A DNA stretch of 64,000 nt, taken from the NCBI GenBank assembly GCA_028534125.1, contig CM052817.1:35404001-35468000 (forward strand). Direction: 5' to 3'. The stretch comes from Lama glama (Eukaryota). The notes under the pieces are model-generated. The model saw only the letters and a program-made list of their open reading frames with translations, was not told the origin of the DNA and ran no database searches. Below, piece by piece: positions 40,655 through 52,249 of the stretch (position 1 is the stretch's first letter; the number at the start of each line of letters is the position of its first letter). A program made the position numbers and the translations under genes.

Positions 40655-41376
40655 TTTCAACAAAACGTGAAGGTTTTATTTAGAATATCATTTTAGAAAC
40701 AAAAAGCAGTTCATTTTGTTAAGCAAAATAACATTTAACAAATGCATTTAAATAAGGTAAATTCAAGACTTTTGTGGATTTTTTTCACTTCGTTACTTGA
40801 TTTTTCTGCCGGTTGGAGTTTCTGTCTTCCAGCCTCACTGGGTGCTTTCCAAGTGAATGCAGCTATAATCCAAGGAACTCCTTTATGAAATCTGAATGAC
40901 TCAAATATCCCCCTATATTCTCACTCAATCCCCATGTATTAAATGAAACACAAGGAAAGTGACTTAGGGAAGTAGAATTGGAAGGAAATGTCTTCTTCTT
41001 GGTCATGTTATCTTTTTAACAGAGGCTTTGCCTGCTCTGAAATCGATGGTGAAAGTAAACTGTTATTGGGAGGTGATGATCATAAGAAAACTTAGATGGT
41101 TTTCACACCATCTGTCATCGTGACCGGAAGGAAAATGCAAGCCACAGCACTTTCCAGCCAAGCTACTGCTTTCCACAGAAGCTGCACACAGCTTCCTATT
41201 GTTATTTTCTTTTCTAGTTATGTACATTAAAAAAATACAACGTTGTGTTAAGTAGCAGGACAGCTAACAGTGGAACATATGACATTACATTGAGAAACCA
41301 AAATAGCTTGGTTAAGCTGACAAGAGAAACAGCAGATGGTCTTCATGGAGGGAAGCCACCAATGCCCACCATCTCC
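40655..41376 (-). other. HOPX: HOPX 3' UTR (end approximate)
   Basis: Non-repetitive sequence between the stop codon and the AATAAA at 40680-40675. Confidence 0.7.
40675..40680 (-). terminator. Polyadenylation signal of HOPX
   Basis: tttatt on + strand = AATAAA on - strand, about 700 nt after the stop codon. Confidence 0.7.
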
Positions 41377-41454
41377 CTAGTCCGTGACGGATCTGCACTC
41401 TGAGGGTAGGCCTTCTGACCGCCGCCACTGGGCCAGGCGCTGCTTGAACCATTT
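41377..41454 (-). CDS. HOPX: Homeodomain-only protein, last coding exon, KWFKQRLAQWRRSEGLPSECRSVTD*
   Basis: Manual translation of the - strand. Acceptor tttctcccctccAG at 41456-41455, phase 0, TAG at 41379-41377. Total protein 73 aa; intron 41455-47516. Confidence 0.98.
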   Translation of the reverse strand, partial: KWFKQRLAQWRRSEGLPSECRSVTD

Positions 41455-41599
41455 CTGGAGGGGAGAAATGTACAAAATTACCTGTCACATACTGAAAAAC
41501 TGAAATGTCCATTCCCTTTCTAAAAGTCGCCTCTGTGGCCCAGCTGGAAAGGAGGAAAGCAAGAACTGTGTCCATGGGGATGGTTCTTCTCACTGTGAT

Positions 41600-41985
41600 A
41601 CTTACCTTTCCTGCCTCAGGACCTTTGCACATACTATTTCCCATGCTCAGACTTCATTATTTATCTGATGATCTCAGTCTCATCCTCAGGGCTTGGCTTA
41701 AATAGAACCTTCTCAATGAAGCCTTCCCTAACCACTTTATCTAAAGTAGAATCTCTACCCATCTTCTTGTTTTCTATTTTAGTATTTTGTTACTATCACA
41801 GAACTTTTAATATCTGTAATTAATTCATTTGTACATTCACTTGCTTTTAATCTACATTTCCTTCTAGAAATAAAGATCCATGACAGCAGAGCTTTGTATC
41901 CATCTTATCATCATTGCATCCTTAGCCCCTAGCACAAGGGTTTAACAGAAATTAGTCAATGTTTGTTGAGTGAATAAAATAAATG
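41600..41985 (+). mobile_element. LINE-2 3' end in HOPX intron
   Basis: ctgcctcaggacctttgcacat..gaagccttccctaaccac..cccctagcaca..tgtttgttgagtgaataaa. Confidence 0.8.
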
Positions 41986-43237
41986 GAAACATCTCCTTGA
42001 TGCCCCCAGATAAATCTGTATGGCTGCTGTATCTCATCAATGTGTGCTGATCTCATCAAGGGCATTGCTCATCAGCAGTGCTTAGTAAAAATTCCCTGAA
42101 GAAAATGAATGGAAAACTGAGCATGGGACAACCTTGAGGCACTCCTTTTTGGGGGTTCATGGAATAGGCTAGCCCAATCTTTCCTGCTGCAGGACCACTG
42201 AGCAGTGAGAAAAGATAGAGTGGGACACCCAGTTGACTCAAAACCTTCTAGATCTGTGTGTCCCAAATATTCATACCTCGCATAAGTAACCACGGATTTA
42301 GGGAAGGTCCCAGAAGGGATACTTCTAGACATAGTACCATGTGAGGGCTGAAACACAAATCTGCCTTTATTATACCACCAAGGGGTGAGGAAATCTGCAA
42401 AGGAGAGATAAGGAGACCCCTGTTGGGGAACAGTCTGGGGTATGATCCAGGTTGGCCAGGAGGAAACTGAAGTTTAAAAAAAAAAAAAAACCACAAGAGA
42501 AAGTAGTGAAGAAATAGAAGCAGCAAGCATTGATCCACATGGAGAGGATGAGTTGGAGGGCTGTGGGAAGGCAGGACCTCCAGGCTTTATTCTCCTGTGC
42601 TTCCTAACCTTTCACACATCAGGGCACACTTTGAGAATGATGATATTTTCATGTCACACTGCTTGGGGAGGTGACTGCCAGGGGCCCTGCAGTCCTGGGC
42701 TCTGCCAACAAGAAGCTCTATTATAAACAACTGGCTATGAGAACTTGAGGAAGTCCCTAAAAATAGAGCGCCAGTCAGCTCAACTGGAAATGAAGAGGTA
42801 AGCTTACAGGGTCTCCACTGTCCTTTGCTGGGTTGCTCAAATTTACCTATTCTAGGGATCAGTAGATGAGGGGACAGAAAAGTAGCAGAAAGAACATAGC
42901 TGTGGGATGGATGCCAGCCAGACCTGGGGCATGCTGACGGAGTTGGTGTGGTGGGCTCTGACTTAGCACAGCCAGATGTGGTTTCAGCCTCAGAACAAAC
43001 GGTGGGCTCTAGGGCCATGCTGGGGAAGACCTTGTCCCTGCAGAGATCTAAGGAGTCAAAAGGCATTTATTTCAGCTTAAGCCCAAGATCAGAAGAAAGG
43101 GTGAGAACCACAGGGGAAAGAGTGCTTCTTAGATTCAACACCTGTAGAGCGAGAAGGGAGCGAGGCCACGGGATCGTCTGGGGCTCTGCACTGGGGCTCA
43201 GCTGGCTGAACAGCAAGGGGCCACACCTGTAACTCAC

Positions 43238-43422
43238 CCTGAGAGTTTACACACTCAGGTGCCTTACAAAGCCATCAAGATCCATCGTCTTACACACTCT
43301 GTAGGGCAGGGTGGCAGCAGAGAAAGTAATCTAAAGCCAGGGCCAGCAGACTACCCTTAGGGAAGCCTTCTCTTTGGAGGTGGTTCTCCGGGTGCCATAT
43401 TTCACTCCCTGGTATCTCTGAC
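43238..43422 (-). other. HOPX: Candidate alternative (cassette) exon in the HOPX intron
   Basis: Acceptor gtctcctccttaAG (43424-43423) and consensus donor AGG|GTGAGT (43237-43232). One frame reads SEIPGSEIWHPENHLQREGFPKGSLLALALDYFL, similar to the recalled alternative C-terminus of human HOPX. Confidence 0.6.
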
Positions 43423-45714
43423 CTTAAGGAGGAGACAGCACACGTAACTTCGGTGGCTTTAACCAAAGTTCTGCTGCTCAACGTGGGCCTGTTTGCTTCT
43501 GTGATCATGCGTGTGTTTAGTTAACTCTGGAATCTGACGTGAGGGTAGCACGGTTCCAGTTTCATTAATGAGGTAGCTCTGCAGGGGTTTTGAGCCTAGA
43601 AGGTCTGATTAAACAGAATTTCCAGTTACTAGAGCTGAATAAATGGCAGAGTTTTAAAGACTGACTAATTAAAACTTGGAGGAGGAAAGGCTCGTTTTCT
43701 ATCAGGATTCACTGAAGACAAAATGATTGAGCTGGCTTCATTCAGAAGAGCCACCCACATCTTTACACTAATAATGAAGCAGAATATTAATGCACAGCTG
43801 AAAATAACTTCAGCAATGACCAGATTTGTGAACCGGTGAGTTGGCATCCAAGTGCTTCACAAGTTGAACCCTAGCATTGAGGGACGGGAAGAAAAGCTCA
43901 ACTATTTTCTGAAGATAAATATTTGAAATCAAGTGTGTATATGATAATTTAGCAAAACAGTTGCTCTCCAACAAAACCCATTAAACATCTTGCTTGTTTT
44001 TTTTCCCTTCTAGGGTTGAAAACTATCACATCTCACTCACATCAATATTAATTTTCCTCCTGGCTTTCCTCCTCTTCTTTGTTTCAGTCATCCCCTGGGA
44101 AAGACATTCACCCCTCTCTTGCTTATAAATGGATGCCCTCATTAGTAATGCCCATTGATGGAGATTTATTTCCTCCGAGGGAACAGATGATAATTAGACA
44201 CTATGACGGGGAGGGGTTGAGGCAAAATAACATTATTCCTGTCCTTTTCTCTAGTAACTAACATTTCATTCCTTTCAGAGGAAACCTTTAGAGTTTTTTA
44301 TTCCACTGATAGAACAACAACTAAAACCCAGGACATTAAAGGAGATAAAAATCCTGGAAACCTCTCTTAAGAACCAATGCCAGCTACACTGGGACTGAAT
44401 TGGTGATAATAGAAAATGGCAAATCATCCCAACCTCCCTAAGGGATGATGAGAGCATTCCCAGCCCCTTTTCACACTGACTTCAAAATGAAAGACACAGG
44501 GGTTGGGATTCTGTAAAGTTTGTCTAATTTAAATATAGGAGATATCTAATTACTGTCATCAGAAAAAAAACCATTCTAGGGCCCTAGCAAATGCCCCTTA
44601 AAAAGTTATTTCCATCAGAACACCCTTCACCTCACCCTGGGTTCCCATAGGTGTCCCCTGTCCCCAAGCAGAGAACACTGTCCTACTGTGGAACAGTATA
44701 AAGAAGTCAAAGCCTCCGGTCAGAGAATGTTTCAAACTTTTGGTTCCTCTTGCTCCTGTCAAAGTATCAGCAATGTGAATCAGCTCTAGTGAACTATCTT
44801 ACAGGGGCATTGCATGCTTCTTTTTATTCTCCTAGTATTACTTGTTCTAGGGAAATGAGTATGAATCCAATTCTGCAAGTGGGTGGTGATAGGGATAAGG
44901 GATCAGGTGTATGAAATAAATATTATTTTAGCTTTGATGACCTTTTCTCATGGAAAGGGGTAACACTAACAAAGAAAAGAAATAGGGGAAGTGCTGATAC
45001 AAGACACTGCTTATATGGAGACCCGGCAGCCCCTGGCCTCCGTGAGTTATTTAAAAGGTCCCTGCAGAGACCCATTCTCACCCACCAGTGCACACGGGGA
45101 GGGGTTAAGGAAGGTTGGGAAGATGGGAAGTTGGAAGATGAGATCCCACCCAGTAGGAGATGACAGAGGGTTGCCAAAGAAGCCTCTTTCCCCGAACTTG
45201 CCAAATGTTGCCTCTTTCTGAGCTCTGGGGTCTCAGATGCTTCCCTGTGGTCAAGGCCCGGAAGACAGAGGGGAGAGACGAGCTGTGGCAGTCTCAGGGA
45301 GGAAGAAGGTGTTGGCTTCATGGCAGGAAAAGGAAGCCAGGGGCCCTGCTGTGAGGCTGACTCATCCCCCAGCACACTCACTTCGGGGCTGGGTCCACCG
45401 TTTGCTCATTTGTGGATGGGAGAAAAGGGGAGATGGCTGAAGGGTGGCCTGAGGGGGGCAGATGACCCTGCTGTGTAGGGGTCTGAGTTGGCTGACCTCA
45501 GTTACAGAAAGGTGCCCTTTCTTCCTGTCCCTGACCTGATTTCTGTTCAGTTCTGTCATATAAGGTGAATCTTGAGGAAAGATCACATATAGTCTGGGAT
45601 GACTGTCATTTACTGAATTGGGTTTTTTTTTTCAGGAAGAAATAGAAAATACATTGAATTTTCAGTCCTTCCTTCCCATCCCTACCTAGTTGTTTCCATT
45701 CTTTTTTTTTTTTG

Positions 45715-45900
45715 TGGAGACAAAACAGCCTGGTGGTTAAGAGTCTGGATTGTGGAGCCAAACTGCCAGGGTTCAGATCCCATCTCTGCTACTTCCCAGT
45801 TGTGGTTGTGGGCAAGTTACTTAACCTTTTGGTATGAATAAATGGTTGACCACTTGGAGAGTACCTGGAACAACAGGTCATTTAATAGGTGGCAAGTATC
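45715..45900 (+). mobile_element. MIR
   Basis: gtggttaagag..ggagccaaactgccagggttcagatccc..tgggcaagttacttaacct. Confidence 0.75.
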
Positions 45901-47249
45901 ATCTGTAATTATTCTGCTTTACAGGTAAAGAAATGACAGAATCTTGCCAAGGGAGAATCCGAGGCTGATACTGACCCACAGTAAACCCATAGTCTTCTTT
46001 TTAAAAAGATGAATTATTGTCTCTGTGATCACTCCTCTTTTCTAAATATAGCATGGGATTTTAAATGACAAAAGGTCAGCAGGCTGCCTCCTGCAGGGGA
46101 GAGAGGGTTCTAAGAAACACGAGCTGTTAGACTTGGATTACAGTAAATCACCTTCCATTAAGTTCTGGTTCTGGTGAGCCAGACAGCTGTTCCCTTTGCT
46201 AAAAACAAATACATTTGACTTTCTGTTTGACCTAGGAGTGGGCGGGTTTTCTATGGGCAAGTTCTCTTGATTAGTAGGCTTGATTAGTAGAAATCATTTG
46301 GGACTTGAGATCTAAAATGGATCTTGGGGTCTTGGTTTCAGGATCTATAGGAGCACCCATTACAAGCTTTTAAGCCTCAACTATGATTCGTGGTGAGGAG
46401 AGGACAAAATGTCTGATGCTTTCTCTTGTCTATAAAAAAAGTGATTTAAAAAGTCTCTGTTTAGACTTGAGACTAGAGGTGTGAAGTGCTTTGGGCTCCC
46501 ATGGGAGAGATGCTAGAGGAGTTCCAAGTAGTAGTATCATGCATAACGAATTGCCTTTCCATGACCAAAGGGAAGACAGAAGTCAGAATTTAGGCAGGAT
46601 TTAAAAAAAAAAAAATCAGTGGAAGGAGCGAACACTGCACCTAGTGGTTAAAAATCACGGGCAGTGTTGCATTCACTACCCTAAACAATATTCAGGATAG
46701 GAATTTAAAAATCAGTCAATCAATCAATGCACTTAGGTGATATCTGCTTCCATGACCTCCAGCTGTAAAATCGAATGTCTGCCTTCTCAGAAAACTCCAG
46801 AAAAAGACCGTAAAGCTTAGAGCTGTGGAATTTTAAAAAATCGGGACCAAATCTCCCTGGCTCCGTGCAGTTTTAGCTCCGCAGCTCAGCGGAAGCTGCA
46901 GCGTGATGTAGTGGAAAGAGCATGCCTAACGACCCATTGGCAAGTCCCTCTCTCTGAACCTCCGTTTCCTCGTTTACCAAACCTGAGGACTGAATTTACA
47001 GCTGATCGCTGAGATTTCTTCCAGTTCTGACATTCCCGCCGATAATAGATTTGAGGGCACTGGGCTCAGAGGGCGCACACGGCACCTCTCCCAGAGGTTT
47101 CGCTCACAGCCCAGAGGAGAAATAGAACCCCGGAAAAGCGAGACAAGTGGGCCAACGCACGCTGCTCCCAAGCCAGAGAGAGGAGAAAGCGTGTATCCTG
47201 GGCTGTAGCGGAGAGTGGAAAAGCAAGGTGAAGCCGGGGTGGGCGTGAG

Positions 47250-48200
47250 ATTTCTAAGCAGCTCCTGCGGGAGCCACCGGGCTGGGGTAGAGGGGCAGAT
47301 CCGGCGCCCGTGGAGCCGGGAAGCTGGGATGCTGCGGTGGGATCGATGCAGGTCTGGGCTCCCAGTGTGCGGGCAGAATCAATGAAAGATCACGGGGAGG
47401 CAGGCCAAGCAGGAGACGGGGGCAAGGGCAGTTTCTCGAGATGGCCCAGGCGAGGGCGGGCGCGGCGGTGCGGGCAGGCAGGGGTCGGGGCGGGCAGGGC
47501 GCGTGCAGGGGCTCACCTGGGTCTCCTCCTCCGAAAGGCCGGCCTCGGCCGCGATCAGGCACAGCGTGGTGGGGTCCGGGTGCTTGTTGACCTTGTTGAA
47601 GTTGTACTCCAGGATCTCCACCTGGTCCTCAGTGGGGCCGCTCGCGGTCTCCGCCGACATGGTCCCGGCACGGCTGCGGGAGAAGAAGCGGCGGTGGTGA
47701 GTGAGGCGGGCGGGCGGGCGGGACGCTGGAGGGACTGTGATCCCGGGCGCGGCCAGGCACCCTCAGCCCGCGGGGCTGTCCCTGCTCGCGGTCGCACCGC
47801 GCGCGGGTCCGCGGCTGCAGGCTGCGGCGGGAGCCCGCCCAGGCGCCTTCCGGGGGCGCACCTAGGGGTCCCACCGCTGAGCTGCGCGTCCTCGGGCCTC
47901 CGTCCTGCTCCGAATTTTTACAGCAACTTTCCCCGGGGGCCCCTGGTCTGGGGTGCCGGGAGGAAGATGACGGCGCGAGCCCTCTCGGCCGTGAGGCTCC
48001 AAGGAAGGAGCGGAGGAAGCGCGGCGATGATTTTGAAAAACCGCCTTCAAGGCTTCCCCGGGGGAGAGGGAGCTGCCCTGGGGACAGTCCTGACAGATGG
48101 CGTGGCTGGGCTCCCGCGATCCGCGGCGGGGACGCCCCGCCCGTACGCACCGTGCTGCCTCTAAAACAGTTCAGCACTTTGCCGCCCTCGCCAGGGAGGC
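47250..48200. promoter_or_regulatory. CpG island / proximal HOPX promoter
   Basis: Very GC- and CpG-rich stretch with multiple GGGCGG boxes covering the first coding exon and the sequence 5' of it. Confidence 0.9.
47517..47660 (-). CDS. HOPX: Homeodomain-only protein, first coding exon, MSAETASGPTEDQVEILEYNFNKVNKHPDPTTLCLIAAEAGLSEEETQ
   Basis: Recognisable HOPX residues 1-48. Kozak-like gggaccATG, CAG|GTGAG donor at 47516, acceptor cttcttctcccgcAG at 47675-47674 (exon begins 47673). Confidence 0.98.
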
Positions 48201-51200
48201 CTGCACAACCCCACACCTTCTTCCAAGAAATGACCCACAGGACAGAAGTTACTTCACAAAATTGGGGAAATGGGGGCGGCGCTTTTATTCTCTCCCCTTT
48301 AGAGGTGGAGATAGGTCCCCAAAGACGCTATTTACCCCCTGCAGTTCCTCGGGCCGAGAACTGAGCATCAGGAGAAATTTCCACCTGAGGGCTTGTGTGA
48401 GTCACTCTGCAGTCTGCAGCCTCCTCCTCCGTCTCTCCACCTCCAGTTTATTTAACTAAGTCAGTGAGTCTGACGCCTCCAGTCAACCGGCTGTTCACTG
48501 CCCACCATGGCCTGGGCGTTGTTGCACAGGGTACATACAGTATGTGCCTCCCTAGATGAGGACTTCCAGCCGAGGAGGGTCTACAGCAGTTGTCTTTTAA
48601 ATCAGACATCCTTTGTGATTATATTAAAATTAACTGTAAAGTCAAGAGAATGGGTCCATTTCCAGCTTCAAGGTCACTTGTATTTCCTTACTTTACAGCC
48701 AAGCATTTCTCTGGCAGATTTTGGGCAACATGACTTCCTGCTGCATCTCTCTGAACTCTGGACTGGGGCAAAAACAATGGCAGATGTGGACCCCCCCCCA
48801 AATTTAAGTTGTACTGAGGTATAGGAAAAGTCTTCAGGTTCTTGGCTGAGGACTTGGCACAGGCAGGTCAGGACCTGCCATTTCTGACAGTAAAAGACAA
48901 GCACAAGTGTGGGAATCAGGTTGGTTTGTTGTTTTAATAAACAATTGCAAAATCATCCAGCACAGTCCTGAGTAGGTTTTGATGTGGTTTGTGCCTGGGG
49001 ATGAGCCACACTTCACCAATCTGTCTGCATAACGTCCCTGATGCTGTTACGACCTATTCTACTGTGACCTGCATCCTGTCCTCCCTAAATAAATGTCTTT
49101 CCCTCTCCTCTTGGTCACCTGAGGAGGCTTTCCAGGTAAGACAAGAAGCCATTCTACTGTGAGAGATTCTTGGGCTCAAGCCAGTTGTCAAGTCATGGTG
49201 AAATCTTGTGTTCTTAGAGAGTTCTGTGTTCCCCCACTTTAAAGTCTATCCCAGTGATTCCTGTCAGTGCCGAAGCAGGATGGGATCAAGCCAGGCTGTG
49301 AATACCTCTTCTCCTGTTAGCACCTATCTCCCCCTTTCTCTGACAGAGAACTTCAGAGCTGAAAAGAACTTAGTGACCAGCACCCTAGAATGGAAAGCCT
49401 TAGTTTCAGTTTCAGGCCTGTGCTTTGCTAAACCCTTCTCAGCAGGTCATTCTCTTTAGTTTGTTAAAAAAAAAAAATTCAGGAGTGCAACAGTCTAAAT
49501 TAAATGCAGGCAGGGGCTTGTCGCTATTTTGAATGGGCACTGACTGTCCTTGTAAGATACCAATTCCAGCCAAAGCTGCCCACTGGAGCCACCCACCACT
49601 GCTCATTTTGCCTGAAAGAACACAGGAGAGGGGAAATGGCTGCTTCTGATTTTATTCCTTGCCCTTGAAAGTTTCCATCTAATTCCAGTGACACAGATCT
49701 GCTGGCTCTTCTGTGAACATTTTTGCTGCTTCTTTGTAAACTCCCCACTCCTTCAGAAATCTTTATCAAATGTGCGTTTTTCTAAACTGGACTCAGATTC
49801 AAGGACTGTTCTAAATGTACTTCTTCCCCTCTTTCTGTTTTGTTCGTTGCTATTATATAATTCAAGGGTGACTCATATGCTTACATTTATTACACTTAAT
49901 CAGGTGCATTTTCTCTTACTATATTTTTGTGGCTTCCTGTTACAGGACTATGTATGAGGCTTCGTGGATAGGTCTCACTTGACTTTAAAGTACTCCTTAG
50001 GGTAGCTGGTTGAGGCCCAGTGGACTTGGCTGGCTGCCAAGGAGACTTGTGGGAGGACCATTTGAAAGTACCTACTTCTCTAAGGTACACCAAACAAACA
50101 AACTTGATTTCTAGAAATGAGCATGAAAGGTCTAACTATGGTGGTCAGATCTACCTGTTATTTCTCCATAAAACTCAGTCTGCTATTTCAGCTCTCTTTG
50201 GTTGATGAGTGTTTGCTGCTACTGCTCCATTTCTTGTCTCCCTCTTGTTCTTTCAAAGGAAACTTATAAATCAAGTCACCCTAGTAAACCCTGGCCTTAT
50301 AAAACTTCTCAACTCTTTCCAGTAAGGAAACTGTTGAAAAGTATCTCTGAAGGTAGTCTAAACAATGTCAGATGAAAAGAACTAAAGATATTTTAAAGCT
50401 TCTTAAACTTTGAGCACAAGTTCTACTGTTGCTGTGGTTATTAATACCTTATGAAACATTCAAAGAGTAATCTGCCCCGTGGTTGTGTTTTCTTTTGTGG
50501 TTGGGGAAAGACGGTGCACAAACCTTTTCAAAATGTTAAATGAAAACTGCTGGCTGTTTTCTAAATTCTGATGCCTGGGTAGATGGACAGTTGTTCAGAT
50601 CTGACAGCCTTACCTTTGTCCCCTAATCCTGTAGACGTTTAAAGTATCGACCTACACGAACCAGCTCATGAAGAGTGCCACAAACTGGGACCTGCAGAAA
50701 TCACTTTGGGCTCACATTGTCCATCTTCTCCTCCCTCTCGCAGCCTTTCTGACCTCTCTGTAATGCCACTGATAGCAGAAAAGTTTATCAGTGGTAGATG
50801 GTCTTCAGCAGCAGCTCCGTGGTGAGCTGGCCAAAAGTAAAGAAAGCAGAGGGATCATTCTGTAGGGCTGTCTCCCACTTTCCTTTAGCCTGAATCTCCT
50901 TTATGTTCACGGACTTTCTGGAAACAAAGGGCTCTTAAAGCATTCTGTATTTTCTTAAGTGAGAAAAATTAAGTGCTACCATTTCCCCAAGAGAAGTGGT
51001 GGGCCTTTGGAAGGGGACAGCATTTCCTCACTTGTCACTTACTGAACTGCTCTGGATGGAGTGCAAGGTGGGAATCTCCCAAGCTGCCAGCGTCTCCCAG
51101 AAAGCGACAAATAGAAGTGGACTACTGATCTGCTTCCCCAGGCTAACACAAGGCGGGGTTTAAAAGAAAGGAGTTTTTGTTTTTGTTTTTAAAATATGAA

Positions 51201-52249
51201 CCTCGTGGTTAATGTCCTTAAGCTTAGAACAGTGGTTCTCATGCCTGGCTGGGCCTCAGAATCACCTGTAGAAATGTCCAGACCTACTGCAGACCTCCTG
51301 AACCAAAACCACATTGTAGGAATCCAGCATGGGGAGACACAAATAGTGTTTCAGCTCTCACAAGATTTTGCAACTTAATCATTAAAATCAACAGTAAGTG
51401 TTTAGAACTTCTTATACCTTATACCATGAAGATGCTTTAAAATACCTTCTAACTGATTCGCTATATCATCTCAACACTGGAGTAGACAGTAGTTTGAGGT
51501 AGTTGTAAAAGAACAGGCTTTTAAAAATACACATTGGAGAGGAAATTTAGATATTATGCTGTTTACCTTTTGTATATATGGCCAGGAATGTGGAAACCGT
51601 CTTTAAAATTATGAACTACTAAGAGAAACTTCCTCACGCTTTCAAAAATTCAGAAATAATACAGATCTCTTTGTGTTGAGATCGGAGTTTAAGAATGCAG
51701 GCCATCAGAGGAAAAATTCCTTTCACCTCATCATACAAATTTCCGTTGATTTGGAAGCCAAAGATTACAGTGGAAGACATCTGGCAACCTTGACAAGTGA
51801 TTGTCCTTCTCTAAATTCTTAAACTTTTCAGTGAGGGAAATGCTAAAGTTTAAGTTATCATTCTTACAGATTTACATAATACAACTTAAAACTGAACATT
51901 AGATTATGAATATACCATATACACCTAGCATCACTGCTGTCTTCAGGGAAACAAGATTCCAAATCTAAACAGGAAAATACATTTTTAAAATGCTACATTG
52001 ATTCCAGTTTTACATATTACAAAAGCTGGAGGAAAATACAACAAAATATTAACAGTGTTTATATCTATATTGTGGGACCACAGATGACCTAAATTTTTTT
52101 CTTGATATTTTTCTGTTTTTTCACATTTATTTCCTTGAAATTAGAAAAGTTAATTTTTTTCTTAAAAATTATTCCTTTGCTTTTTAAAATTAGTCCTATC
52201 AAATATGTATGGATCCCTATGAGAACTTTTTTGGGGGGTTTTATATTTT

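Noticed and set aside
42587..43066. 159-aa and 152-aa (44923-45381) sense ORFs in the HOPX intron
   Set aside because: No recognisable homology or domain and no convincing splice-site pairs, unlike the 43238-43422 exon.
46266..46290. Short tandem duplications (cttgattagtag x2; also 15805-15843 and 34069-34088)
   Set aside because: Ordinary slippage events with only 2-3 units and no spacers; not an array or CRISPR-like structure.
47379..47516. C-terminal half of the 93-aa ORF containing HOPX
   Set aside because: Read-through into the intron past the CAG|GTGAG donor; the real protein continues at 41454.
47310..48164. 284-aa + strand ORF (and overlapping 195-aa and 120-aa ORFs) across the HOPX exon
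   Set aside because: Ala/Gly/Arg/Pro-rich, low-complexity translations expected from stop-codon depletion in a CpG island. No recognisable domain; the 284-aa ORF starts at a GTG and runs antisense to the real exon.
50105..50125. ATGCTCATT on the - strand resembling the start of the extended human HOPX isoform (MLI..)
   Set aside because: Similarity ends after three codons.
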